From positions 1-64,000 of the forward strand of contig JBGAJQ010000006.1 in NCBI GenBank assembly GCA_044224875.1: a stretch of DNA of 64,000 nt. Direction: 5' to 3'. The position numbers were made by a program, and so were the translations under genes. Below are positions 1 through 9,789 of this stretch, piece by piece. This DNA comes from Gemmatimonadaceae bacterium (GTDB lineage: Bacteria > Gemmatimonadota > Gemmatimonadetes > Gemmatimonadales > Gemmatimonadaceae). The notes beneath the pieces were generated by a model. It had not been told where the DNA came from. It was given only the letters and a program-made list of their open reading frames with translations, and ran no database searches. The number at the start of each line of letters is the position of its first letter. Within the stretch, counting starts at the first letter, position 1.

Positions 1-102
1 TGGACGATTGCCGGTAACGTCGGCAGCACATCCAGCGACGATGGCAACGAGGAGCGCGTTGACGAAACGCCGCGACCTCGAAGGCGTCTTGGTAGAAGTC
101 AT
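1..102 (-). CDS. Partial (N-terminus only) putative lipoprotein, runs off the left edge
   Basis: Manual translation from ATG at 102: MTSTKTPSRSRRFVNALLVAIVAGCAADVTGNRP; basic N-region, hydrophobic stretch and lipobox VAG-C. Confidence 0.55.
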   Translation of the reverse strand, partial: MTSTKTPSRSRRFVNALLVAIVAGCAADVTGNRP

Positions 103-368
103 GTTCTTCGCCCGTTGAGAGGAAAAAGCCCGATCCTCTTGGACCGGTGACGAGGAGACGTCACCAGATCGACGGACTTGCACACGTGGCATCACTACGC
201 TCGCACAGAACAGGCGCGGGGGTGAGTTGGGCCGCACACCTGTCACCGGCGATGTGTGCGCGCGCAGGAATCAGGGTGGTCGCGCCGCCGCCCGCCGCCG
301 CTGGCTTTCCGAGGCAGCAGCGCTATTAGCTTCAACCAATGCTCTATCCGCCTCTTTTCGAGAACCCA

Positions 369-2201
369 ATGCTCCGTAACGCGCTTCCGCTGCTACTGTC
401 TGTTCTTCCGGTAACGAAGTCCTTGGCGCAGTCCAGGCAAGCGGCTGGCGGCAAGGTTGCCGAGGTGTCCGCCCCCATAACGGATGTGCGCTACGAGGTG
501 ACCTTCAATCGGCAAACGTCACCGCGGCGGATGCTGCATCTGAACACCACGTTCACGACGGCCGGCAAGGATCCGGTACTTCTCTCCTTGCCCGCATGGA
601 CGCCCGGCGCGTACGAGATCAGCAACTACGCTCGATCCGTCCAGGCATTCGGGGCCACTGGGAACGGCAAGCCGCTCACGTGGGACAAGATCGACTACGA
701 CACGTGGCGAGTGCAGCCGAGCGGAGCCAAGTCCATCACCGTCTCGTTCGACTTCTTGGCCGACACGTTGGACAACGCGATGGCGTGGGCGCGACCGGAT
801 TTCACGTTCTTTAACGGCACGAACGTCTTCCTGTATCCGGAAGGACGGGGAACCGACTTCGCCGCGACTGTCACGGTGAAAACAGAAGCCGATTGGCGCG
901 TGGTGACGGGCATGACGACGACCGGAGCCCTCGCCTACGCTGCGAAGAACTATCACGATCTGGTGGACATGCCGTTCTTCGTTGGCACGTTTGAGCTGGA
1001 CTCGACGCGCGTTGCAGACAAGTGGGTTCGGCTGGCGTCGTACCCCGCCGGCCTGCTGTCTGGCGAGCCTCGGAAGGAGTTGTGGAGTCAAGTTGAGCGC
1101 TTCCTCCCAACCGAGATCGCCGTGACGGGCGAGGCGCCGTACGAGCACTATACGATATTCACCGTCTTCGATTCGTCGTTCGGCGGTGGCAGCGCGTTGG
1201 AGCATCAAAACTCGCACGTGGGCATTTACACGCCGTTCATCATCGGCAATCAGGCGCTGCCTTCGATTACCGCGCACGAGATCTTCCACCTCTGGAACGT
1301 GAAGCGCATGCGACCGGCCGACATGGTGCCGTATCGCTACGATCGCCCGGAGCCCACCACATGGTTGTGGGTCAGCGAGGGCATCACGGACTACTATGCA
1401 GACCTCGCACTGGTGCGTGGCGGTGTCGTGGACTCGGCCGGCTTCCTGGGCCTAACGAATGGCAAGATCCAGGAGGTGGCCGCAGCACCAGCGGTGGCAC
1501 TCGAAGATGCCTCGCTTTCCACGTGGATTCATCCCACGGATGGCACGGGCTACCTGTATTATCCGAAGGGTTCGCTCGCGGGATTCATGCTGGACGTAAT
1601 GATCCGCGATGCCAGTGACAATCGGAAGTCGCTGGATGACGTCATGCGCGCCGTGTACCAATCCACGTACAAGAACGGCCGCGGCTTCACCGCGCAGGAT
1701 TGGTGGGGTGCCGTGAGCGCGGCGGCAGGCGGGAAGTCGTTCGCCGACGTGAACACGAAGTACATCGATGGCCGAGAGCCATTTCCTTGGGCGACTGTGT
1801 TGCCACTGGCGGGGCTCAAGCTCAAGTCCGACTCAGTCCGTGAGCCCCGTGTTGGGATCTTCACCGCTGCGGACTCGACAGGCAACATCGTCATTACCCA
1901 GCTCGAACCGGGCGGCTCGGCGGCCAAGGCTGGCGTACAGCCCGGGGACCTGTTGCTAGAGATCGGCGACATGCCGGTCACCGATGCGACCTTTGGTCAG
2001 CGCTTCCGCGCGCGCTTTGCCAAGTCCGAGGGTCAGTCGATCCCGATCAAGGTCCGTCGTGGCGAGCAGGTGCTGTCGCTCCCCATGATCGTCCAGGCGA
2101 CCGTGCGTGTCGACACCCAGCTTCAGTGGGATCCCGGCGCTTCGCCAAAGGCGGTACGCATCCGGCACGGCATCATGATGGGCAGCACGGACGCACGTTA
2201 G
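369..2201 (+). CDS. M61-family (glycyl aminopeptidase-like) metallopeptidase with C-terminal PDZ domain, secreted
   Basis: LPAWTPGAY N-terminal motif, GGGSALEH, zinc motif HEIFH, WVSEGITDYY, YYPKG, PDZ-like GSAAKAGVQPGD; signal-like N-terminus from Met at 369 (ORF opens at 339). Confidence 0.9.
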   Translation: MLRNALPLLLSVLPVTKSLAQSRQAAGGKVAEVSAPITDVRYEVTFNRQTSPRRMLHLNTTFTTAGKDPVLLSLPAWTPGAYEISNYARSVQAFGATGNGKPLTWDKIDYDTWRVQPSGAKSITVSFDFLADTLDNAMAWARPDFTFFNGTNVFLYPEGRGTDFAATVTVKTEADWRVVTGMTTTGALAYAAKNYHDLVDMPFFVGTFELDSTRVADKWVRLASYPAGLLSGEPRKELWSQVERFLPTEIAVTGEAPYEHYTIFTVFDSSFGGGSALEHQNSHVGIYTPFIIGNQALPSITAHEIFHLWNVKRMRPADMVPYRYDRPEPTTWLWVSEGITDYYADLALVRGGVVDSAGFLGLTNGKIQEVAAAPAVALEDASLSTWIHPTDGTGYLYYPKGSLAGFMLDVMIRDASDNRKSLDDVMRAVYQSTYKNGRGFTAQDWWGAVSAAAGGKSFADVNTKYIDGREPFPWATVLPLAGLKLKSDSVREPRVGIFTAADSTGNIVITQLEPGGSAAKAGVQPGDLLLEIGDMPVTDATFGQRFRARFAKSEGQSIPIKVRRGEQVLSLPMIVQATVRVDTQLQWDPGASPKAVRIRHGIMMGSTDAR

Positions 2202-2265
2202 GTCAGCCGTCGCTTCTGGGCCGCGACTATTCGCGGCCCCTATGGCGCGGAACGGTACGTCCCGT

Positions 2266-2754
2266 TCAGGCGCCCAGCGCGCGACGCATCAACACGATCT
2301 GCCCGGTGTGATACGCGTTGTGTTGCACCAGACCATGCAGCATGGCCAGCATGGTTGGACCCGTGCCAAGGCTCGGTGCCGTCGCCGTCCCCACCAGGTC
2401 GGACAGGCGGTCGGGGTCGAGGAACTCCAGGTCCGCTAACAGCGTGGCCTGTGCCGTGTCGAGCTTCGCGCGCAGCGCCGCCCAATCCGCTTGCGTCGGC
2501 GACGTGGTACGCGAGGGGAAATCGCCCTCTACGGGATACTGCGGAGTACGACCTCCCACGCGCGCGTGGACCTCCCCGATCCACGCCGCGATGTGATGCA
2601 CGAGGTCGTAGATCGTATGCGCGGATGACCCCAGGCGTTGAGTCGCCAGCTCCAACGTCACGCCATCCAGTGCCTCGCGTATGGATGGCCCGTGCCAGGC
2701 GCGCCCCTCGTACATCCGGCGCATCTGGTCGATCAGGAATTGCAGTTCGGTCAT
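2266..2754 (-). CDS. DinB family protein
   Basis: C-terminal part of ORF 2266..3333 from MTELQF: AWHGPS, HTIYDLVHHIAAW and HNAYHTGQI His motifs. Confidence 0.85.
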   Translation of the reverse strand: MTELQFLIDQMRRMYEGRAWHGPSIREALDGVTLELATQRLGSSAHTIYDLVHHIAAWIGEVHARVGGRTPQYPVEGDFPSRTTSPTQADWAALRAKLDTAQATLLADLEFLDPDRLSDLVGTATAPSLGTGPTMLAMLHGLVQHNAYHTGQIVLMRRALGA

Positions 2755-2789
2755 GGTCGTGTGCGATCGCGCGCTGGCTAGGGCCGCGA

Positions 2790-4904
2790 TCAGTTGCTGG
2801 TGGTCTTCCCGGTCTGCAGGTATTTCTGCAGCCAGGCTTGGACTTCGCCCATCCACAGTCGGTGATTTTGTGGCTTCAATACCCAGTGCCCCTCGTCCGG
2901 GTACACAATCATCCTGCTGGGAACTCCCTGCTTCTGCAAGGCGGTAAACAGGGACATGGACTCGGAGTACGGGATGCGGTAGTCCAGCTCCCCGGCGATG
3001 ATGAGCGTTGGTGTCTTGAAGTTCTGCACGGACAAATGCGGAGAGAACTTGCGATACTGCTCGTCCATCGCTTTGGGTTCCCAGTACGGTGCGCCGTACT
3101 CCCATTCCGGGAACCAGATTTCCTCTGTGGCTCCGTACATGTTTTCCAGGTTGAACACACCGGCGTGGGAGACGAAAGCCTTGAAGCGGTCGGTGTGGCC
3201 AAGCATCCAGTTGACCATGTATCCGCCGAAGGAACCGCCAGCGGCAGCGAGGCGCGTGGAGTCCATCCACGGATAGGTGCGCAACGCGGCGTCGACGCCC
3301 TTCATGAGGTCCTCGTAGACCTTCCCACCCCAATCGCGCGACACCTCATCGGTGATTCGCTGTCCGTAGCCTGTTGATCCGCGGGGATTGATGGCGAGCA
3401 CGGCGGCCCCGGTGGCGGCGAAGAGCTGGTAATTCCAACGGCCGCTCCAGCTGTCCAGCCACGCCCCTTGGGGCCCGCCGTGGATGAGGAGGACCACCGG
3501 AAACTTCTCCCCGGATTTCCACTGTGGCGGCTTCACCAGAAAGGCGTGTATGCTGTCGCCCTTGGCACCGGCAAACCAGAAATCTTCCGCCGGCTGCAAC
3601 GAGAGCTGCGACAGGGCGCCATCGTTCTCGTGTGTGAGCTGGTGTTCCTCGCTTCGCACCGTGGGCATCGCGTTGGCGAGGGGCTTGACCGCACCACTCT
3701 GCAGGGTGCGTCGGATCCAGATGTCGCCTGGTCGTGTGGCCGCGTCGCGAACCCACACCATCGTGCGACCGTCGCGGGAGAGGCAGAACGCGGTATTGTT
3801 GTGCTCCGCAATGACCAGCTGTGGGGCCCCAACAGTTCCGTCCGTGGCAATGCTGGCCTGAAAGAGACGATCCCGGCCGCGGTCGCCGCCGCCCACATAG
3901 ATCGCGCGGGCGTCGGGGGCAAAGAAATACGCCTCGGCGTTCCGATCCCAGGAGGGCAGGGCTTCGTGCGACGTCTTGCTTCGCCGATCGTACAGCATCA
4001 GTCGCCAGCGGTCGCTTTCGAAGCCAGCGCGCGCTTGGGACGCATAGGCAATAAAGCGGCCATCGGGCGAATACACAGGATTCTGGTCACCGCCGCGATT
4101 CGCTGCGGTGATGACCTCTCCGCTACCGCCGGATGCATCCACGACGTAGAGGTTCGCGTCTGTGGACCATGCATCCTCTCGTCCGGCCGACTTGGCGGTG
4201 TATGCCACCTCCTTTCCGTCGGGCGAAAAGGCGTAGCCTTCGGAACCACCGAACGGACCCGGAGGCACGTCGTAGGTCGCGCCCGGCGTCAGGTCGCGCA
4301 GCGATGATCCGTCGGCGCCCACGACATACAGGTGCGACCGTGTGCCTTCGTCCCACGCGTTCCAGTGACGATACATCAGCTGGTCGGCGATGTGCGCCTT
4401 GACCTTGCTGGCGTCCTTGGCCTTATCCCTATCGACGTTGCAGCTGTCGGAACGGCACTGCGGGTACACCGAGGAAACGAACGCGATGCGGTCGGACGTA
4501 CCCGCCCACACGGGACCAGAGGCACCTCCGTTCAGGGTCGTCAGCTGGCGCGCGCCGCCGCCGTCGGCCTTGGCCACCCACAGCTGTCCGCCCGCTGTGT
4601 ATGCCACCATGCTGCCAGACGGCGACCACCTGGCCTCGCCCGCACGCACACTGTCGTTAGGCCACGGACGCGGTACGCCGCCGCCCGCCGGCACAATGTA
4701 GGTGCGCCCGCTACGGCGGTTGGCATCCATATCGGTCGTGCGCACGTTGTACAGCACCCACGCCCCATCCGGCGAAATTTGCGGGTCCGAGATGCCCTTG
4801 AGACCAGCGAAATCAGCGTAGGTGATCGGACGCTGTGCCGCCAACGAGGCGCTCAACAGTCCGGACAGCACAATCCCAACTCCAGCATGCCTAACGAATC
4901 TCAT
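2790..4904 (-). CDS. S9 family (prolyl oligopeptidase/acylaminoacyl peptidase-like) peptidase, secreted
   Basis: SPDG beta-propeller repeats, IHGGP, NPRGSTGYG, nucleophile GGSFGG, GELDYR, PDEGH; signal peptide from MRFVRH. Confidence 0.92.
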   Translation of the reverse strand: MRFVRHAGVGIVLSGLLSASLAAQRPITYADFAGLKGISDPQISPDGAWVLYNVRTTDMDANRRSGRTYIVPAGGGVPRPWPNDSVRAGEARWSPSGSMVAYTAGGQLWVAKADGGGARQLTTLNGGASGPVWAGTSDRIAFVSSVYPQCRSDSCNVDRDKAKDASKVKAHIADQLMYRHWNAWDEGTRSHLYVVGADGSSLRDLTPGATYDVPPGPFGGSEGYAFSPDGKEVAYTAKSAGREDAWSTDANLYVVDASGGSGEVITAANRGGDQNPVYSPDGRFIAYASQARAGFESDRWRLMLYDRRSKTSHEALPSWDRNAEAYFFAPDARAIYVGGGDRGRDRLFQASIATDGTVGAPQLVIAEHNNTAFCLSRDGRTMVWVRDAATRPGDIWIRRTLQSGAVKPLANAMPTVRSEEHQLTHENDGALSQLSLQPAEDFWFAGAKGDSIHAFLVKPPQWKSGEKFPVVLLIHGGPQGAWLDSWSGRWNYQLFAATGAAVLAINPRGSTGYGQRITDEVSRDWGGKVYEDLMKGVDAALRTYPWMDSTRLAAAGGSFGGYMVNWMLGHTDRFKAFVSHAGVFNLENMYGATEEIWFPEWEYGAPYWEPKAMDEQYRKFSPHLSVQNFKTPTLIIAGELDYRIPYSESMSLFTALQKQGVPSRMIVYPDEGHWVLKPQNHRLWMGEVQAWLQKYLQTGKTTSN

Positions 4905-4957
4905 TTCCACGTTCTCCATGAGCGTCAAGGCCGACGGTCACTGTCCGCCGGCCTGCC

Positions 4958-6496
4958 CTACATCCGCGGTAGCGAGCAGGGCTTCGGCTTGGCGGGGGCT
5001 TTGCCTCCCTCCGTCGGTGCCGCGCCGGTTGCCCGATACCACTCCACCCGTTCGGCGTTTCGCGCCTCCGGGCCACTGGCCCGGTCCTTCATCATCGCCT
5101 CCACCTCGTCGGCCTCGCGCGGCACACACGAAACCCACTCCAATCCGTTCTCCGTGACAATGTAGTTGTCCTCGATCCGAACCCCGATGCCGGCGTACTT
5201 CGGCAATACGGTCTTCAGCTTCGACAGATACGCTGCATTTCCGGGAGTACCGGGCACAATGTCCAGCAGGTTTTCCCTCACGTAGACGCCCGGCTCGATG
5301 CTGAATGCGCTCCCGACGTCGACACGTCCGGAGAAGTAATACTGATCGGGGTCGTGGACCTCCAATCCAATGCCGTGCCCGAGCCCGTGCATGTAGAAGA
5401 GGCTCAGCTGCGAGCACTTGCGTGGTGTGTCGGCCGAGCCGCAGTCGTACGTGGCCCCAGGCGCATCAATCAACCCCAGTCGCGCAAGCCCTTCGCTGAG
5501 GATGCGGCTGGCCGAGTCGGACATCAATCGGGCCGATGCGCCCACCTTCGCTTGTCGCTCGGCCGCGGCCTGGGCGGCGCGGACGATCGCGTACACCGCG
5601 CGCTGTTCTGGGGTGAACGTGCCGCTCACGGGGAAGGTGCGGGTGACGTCGGCCGCGTATCCCCCGTACTGCGCCGCCGCGTCGATCAAGAGAAGTTCTC
5701 CGTCCTTCATGAACCGGTCGTCGCGGTTGTAGTGAAGGGTGGTAGCGTTCGCGCCTGAGCCGACGATGGAAGAATACGCCGGTCGGTCTCCACCGTTGCG
5801 CCTGAAGGTGTACTCGAGCAGCGCCTGGATCTCGAATTCATTCATCCCCGGCCGCAGGGCGCGGGCCGCCTCGCGATGAGCGTCCATGCTGATGGCTGCC
5901 GCTCGTCGGATCAACTCCATTTCGGCGGAGCTTTTCTTGGCTCGCATCTGGGAGACCATGGGGTTGGCGCTGACGATAGACAGCCCCGGATGTGCCTTGG
6001 CGATCCTCGCGACAAAGGCCTGGTCGTTGTTGAGCGTATCCCCAGACTCGGCGATGTCCGCTAACAGGTACAACCGCTTCGCTTGCCGCAGGGCGCTGTC
6101 CAACTGCGGTTCGAGCTGCGTGGTGAGCCGCGCAGGTATTCCGGTCATGGCCTGCGCCCCCTCGGACCCATTTCGCTTGCCGGACCAGACCTCCACGGCG
6201 GGATTCTTCGGCTGCACAAAGAGTGACCACGACACGGCGTTTCCACTCTTCGTCATCAACAGCGTGGCACCTGCCTCCTTGTATCCCGTGAGGTACAGAA
6301 AGCCGGGCGACTGGAAGAAGGAGAGGTAGTCCTGTACCGGCTCTTCGCCACCACGGGCGACGAATACGCCGTCTTCCAGTTTGGCAGCGAGCGCCTCGCG
6401 CCGTTGCGCGAACTCGGCGGCAGATACCTGTGCCTGGCCGACGGTCGGCCAGAGCATCGTGAGAATGCCAAACAGCACGCGACGTCCTTGGATCAT
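4958..6496 (-). CDS. pepP: Xaa-Pro aminopeptidase (M24B), probably secreted
   Basis: IVGSG..TTLHY, IDAAA..YAADVTRT, HGLGHGIGLEVHD, SIEPGVY, GVRIED; start inferred at MIQGRR. Confidence 0.88.
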   Translation of the reverse strand: MIQGRRVLFGILTMLWPTVGQAQVSAAEFAQRREALAAKLEDGVFVARGGEEPVQDYLSFFQSPGFLYLTGYKEAGATLLMTKSGNAVSWSLFVQPKNPAVEVWSGKRNGSEGAQAMTGIPARLTTQLEPQLDSALRQAKRLYLLADIAESGDTLNNDQAFVARIAKAHPGLSIVSANPMVSQMRAKKSSAEMELIRRAAAISMDAHREAARALRPGMNEFEIQALLEYTFRRNGGDRPAYSSIVGSGANATTLHYNRDDRFMKDGELLLIDAAAQYGGYAADVTRTFPVSGTFTPEQRAVYAIVRAAQAAAERQAKVGASARLMSDSASRILSEGLARLGLIDAPGATYDCGSADTPRKCSQLSLFYMHGLGHGIGLEVHDPDQYYFSGRVDVGSAFSIEPGVYVRENLLDIVPGTPGNAAYLSKLKTVLPKYAGIGVRIEDNYIVTENGLEWVSCVPREADEVEAMMKDRASGPEARNAERVEWYRATGAAPTEGGKAPAKPKPCSLPRM

Positions 6497-6623
6497 CGAT
6501 GTCTCCACCATGCAAGGGAACGGTATCGTTAGGTCATCTGCTTCCATGGCGCGCTGGAGCGCAACGGGCAACCGGAAAGTGACCACACGCGTCTGGACGG
6601 TCTGGCGTGGGTACTCGCCTGGG

Positions 6624-6920
6624 TCAGTCGCGCGTACGCGTCATGGCGCGATAGCGGGCCTCGCCGGTGTCCCATAGCCAGCGACCAAGCAGCCAGCCGC
6701 ACAGTGGAAACACCACAACGGCCACAACGATCGCACTCCGAAGGTTGGCTGTGAGCTGTGGCGATCGAACAAAGCCCTGTTCCTGGATCACCTTGTAGAA
6801 GATCGTGAGGAAGGTGATCGGGATGCCAAAGGACAGGACGCCTCGCCGAAGGATGAACCCCGTACGTCCCATGGCGCGCTGCCGCTCCCACCGCGCGATC
6901 TGATCGTCCTCAGTTGCCAC
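6624..6920 (-). CDS. Small hypothetical membrane protein (2 TM)
   Basis: Two hydrophobic segments (GVLSFGIPITFLTIF; IVVAVVVFPLCGWLLG); GTG start inferred within ORF 6624..6995. Confidence 0.6.
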   Translation of the reverse strand: MATEDDQIARWERQRAMGRTGFILRRGVLSFGIPITFLTIFYKVIQEQGFVRSPQLTANLRSAIVVAVVVFPLCGWLLGRWLWDTGEARYRAMTRTRD

Positions 6921-7067
6921 TCCGCCCTGAGCGGGCGAGTTCGGGTCTTCCCCAGGCCCATCCATGCGCCTTCCACGCTCGGGTCTCGCGGCCACGAGAA
7001 GCCGCTCCGCAGATTCGCACGCGGACCGGGCCGCGACAAGAGTCGTCGCGCGTGACTTGGCCCCGCT

Positions 7068-8234
7068 CTATTTCAGGATGGACTTCGCGATGGTGTGAAG
7101 CTGCATGTTGGACGTGCCTTCATAGATCGTCCCGATCTTTGCATCGCGGTAGAACTTTTCGAGCGGGAAGTCCTTCGTATAGCCGTATCCGCCAAAGAGT
7201 TCAAGGCATAGTGAAGTCACTCGCTCTGCGACCTGGGACGAGAAGAGTTTGGCCATCGCCCCCTCGCGGGCGATGTCCTCGCCGGCGTCTTTCAAGCGGG
7301 ACGCGTTGTACACCATCAGGCGGGCGGCCTCGAGTTCGGTGGCAGCCTGCGCGAGCTGGAACTGCACCCCCTGAAACTCGGCCACTGCCTTGCCGAACTG
7401 CTTCCGTTCTTTCACATAGGCGAGGGCAGCCGTCAGGGCGCCAGCGGCAACGCCGATCATCTGAGCACCGATCCCGATCCTTCCTCCGTTGAGCGTATCG
7501 ATGGCGATCTTGTACCCGTGGCCGACCGCCCCAAGGACGTTATCGTTAGGCACTTCACAATCGTCGAGCAGGAGTTCGGCGGTGCTCGATGCCCGAATGC
7601 CCATCTTGTCTTCCTTCTTCCCCACGCGGAATCCCTTGAACCCGCGTTCCACCAGGAACGCGGTGATCCCACGGTAGCCGGCCGAAGGATCGACGTTGGC
7701 AAAAATCACGAAGATGTCGGCTTCACCGCCATTCGTGATCCACATCTTGCGGCCGTTCAGGACCCAGCCGCTCCCTCGTCGCTCGGCCCGGGTTTCCAGG
7801 CCAAACGCATCGGATCCGGACGCCGGCTCCGAGAGGGCGTACGCGGCGATCGTCGCGGAAGTGAGCCGTGGCAGGAAGCGCTGTCGTTGCTCCTCGGTGC
7901 CGTAGCTTCGTATGGGGTGGATCGCCAGGGTGTTCTGGACATCGACCAGGATCGCGGCCGACGCATCCACCATGCTGATCGCTTCGACGGCGAGCGTTAC
8001 CATCATCATGGTGCCGCCAGCTCCACCGTAGGACTCGGGTACCTCAATCCCCATGAGTCCCATCTCGAATGTCTTGGCGATGAGCGCCGGGTCCAGCCTT
8101 GACTGACGTTCCATCTCCGCCACGCGCGGTCGCACCTCTTCGGCCGCGAACGCGTCCACGGCATCGCGAAAGAGCCGTTCCTCTTCGGAAAGAACCGTCA
8201 GGGGGGCGTGCGCACCATCGAGCAGACTGGACAT
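7068..8234 (-). CDS. Acyl-CoA dehydrogenase (short/branched-chain type)
   Basis: ALSEPASGSDA, LNGRKMWITNG, KEDKMGIRASST, ERKQFG, FGGYGY, IYEGTSNMQ. Confidence 0.95.
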   Translation of the reverse strand: MSSLLDGAHAPLTVLSEEERLFRDAVDAFAAEEVRPRVAEMERQSRLDPALIAKTFEMGLMGIEVPESYGGAGGTMMMVTLAVEAISMVDASAAILVDVQNTLAIHPIRSYGTEEQRQRFLPRLTSATIAAYALSEPASGSDAFGLETRAERRGSGWVLNGRKMWITNGGEADIFVIFANVDPSAGYRGITAFLVERGFKGFRVGKKEDKMGIRASSTAELLLDDCEVPNDNVLGAVGHGYKIAIDTLNGGRIGIGAQMIGVAAGALTAALAYVKERKQFGKAVAEFQGVQFQLAQAATELEAARLMVYNASRLKDAGEDIAREGAMAKLFSSQVAERVTSLCLELFGGYGYTKDFPLEKFYRDAKIGTIYEGTSNMQLHTIAKSILK

Positions 8235-8286
8235 AAGCGGACCGAGTCGAAGACACCATGATGGACGCGCGTCTGCGCGTCCCCTG

Positions 8287-9789
8287 CTAACCTAATCGTT
8301 CCAGGAGCGCCGAAAAGCGCGAGGGGCGGATTGTGGTCTTCCCGCGTTCCACAGCGTCGTCCACTGCGGCGAACAACCGTGCCGCCTGGCGCTCGCGGTC
8401 GAACCGGCCGTCGGCATTCAGCGGCACTGGCCGTTTACCGGCCTTGAACTCCCTATAGCGCTTGGCCACGACTCGCCCGATGCCTTCTTCGTCGTCGGGT
8501 GCAACGCAGTCGGCCCCGCTTTCGCGCAGGAGTAGATCCGTTGCGCTCCCGCCTTCGGCGAGCGACAACACCCAGGTCGCGGCTTGCACGTACTCGAACA
8601 CCTTGCCAGGAATGGAGTGCTGGTACTTCTGCGGAAGGACCACGGCCATCGCGGATTTTCGCAACAGCGCCAAGGCGGCGCTACGCACCTGCGCCGGCTC
8701 ACTGAAGAAGTAACCCGTCAGTCCCTGTTCGGCGGCGATCTCCGCGAGCGGCCTTGCCCCGTACTGGTCGGATCCCATAAACCGCACTTCGAGCTGTTCG
8801 GGTGCAATTCCCTCGGCGTCGATGGCTCGTCGCACACCCTTGAATAGGGCGCGCGGATCTCGACCACCGTAGATCATCCCGGCGTAGCTGATAAGGAATC
8901 TCGAGCCTTGCTCGCCAGGAGCGCGTAGTTCCGCGTCCGAGCCGTTCATCACGGTGATGATGCGCCCTGCCGCAGCCGGATAGCGTTCCCGCATCATCTG
9001 CGCGGCGAGGTCGGTGTTCATCACGATCACGGATGCCCGACGAACGGCTCGATCCTCGTAGTAGAGCGAGAGGCGCATCCAAGCGGGCGAACGGAGGTCT
9101 GGTTCCTGGTACGCTTCCAGCGCCCATGGGTCCCGGAAGTCGATCACCAACGGCAACCCTTTTTCCACCGCAATCAGGCGGGCCGCTTCGTGTGCCATGT
9201 GCGGGGGGCCGGAGCTGATCACGACATCGTATGGATGCTCGGCGGAAAGCATGCCACCAATCGTCGCCGCGCGATTGGTCCAGTCCTCCCACTCGGCAAA
9301 GTGACGGCGTGCGAGCTGTGCACGCCGCACGCTCAAAATCAGTCGTCCGGGGTTGATGGACCTGGCGTGGCCGTTGCTGCTGACCGGAGAGGAAGGAGGA
9401 GTCTGGCGCCTTGATTCTGAAGGTGCAGCCGTGCTGGACTCGCGGGATCGCAGGGGCGACAGCATGCGTGAGGCCCAACGACGAAGCGCAGTTTCGACCA
9501 GCGACTCCTGGTACGAAAAGTATCGCACGCCAAAGAGTCGTACGCCCGGTGGTAGCGAGGCGAGCCGCGCGTTGTCGCGAACCATGCACTGCTTTGGGTC
9601 GATCATCAGCACGTCAACCGACCATCCGTTCGCGGCGGCGTATTCCGTCATCTTCTGCCATCGAAGCGCCCCGATGACGGAGTCCGGCGGGAAGGCGTAG
9701 CTCACAAGGAGCAGTCGGCGGCCTTCCGTGGCTGGCCGTGGCGTCTCGAAGAACGGTCGAGGAGTATTCACGGACCGAAATGTATTCAC
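8287..9789 (-). CDS. GT-B (family 4-like) glycosyltransferase
   Basis: LLVSYAFPP..GALR, SSGPP, DFRDPW, VMNG, YAG.IY, IPGKVFEY; GTG start at 9789 overlaps the upstream TGA. Confidence 0.85.
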   Translation of the reverse strand: MNTFRSVNTPRPFFETPRPATEGRRLLLVSYAFPPDSVIGALRWQKMTEYAAANGWSVDVLMIDPKQCMVRDNARLASLPPGVRLFGVRYFSYQESLVETALRRWASRMLSPLRSRESSTAAPSESRRQTPPSSPVSSNGHARSINPGRLILSVRRAQLARRHFAEWEDWTNRAATIGGMLSAEHPYDVVISSGPPHMAHEAARLIAVEKGLPLVIDFRDPWALEAYQEPDLRSPAWMRLSLYYEDRAVRRASVIVMNTDLAAQMMRERYPAAAGRIITVMNGSDAELRAPGEQGSRFLISYAGMIYGGRDPRALFKGVRRAIDAEGIAPEQLEVRFMGSDQYGARPLAEIAAEQGLTGYFFSEPAQVRSAALALLRKSAMAVVLPQKYQHSIPGKVFEYVQAATWVLSLAEGGSATDLLLRESGADCVAPDDEEGIGRVVAKRYREFKAGKRPVPLNADGRFDRERQAARLFAAVDDAVERGKTTIRPSRFSALLERLG

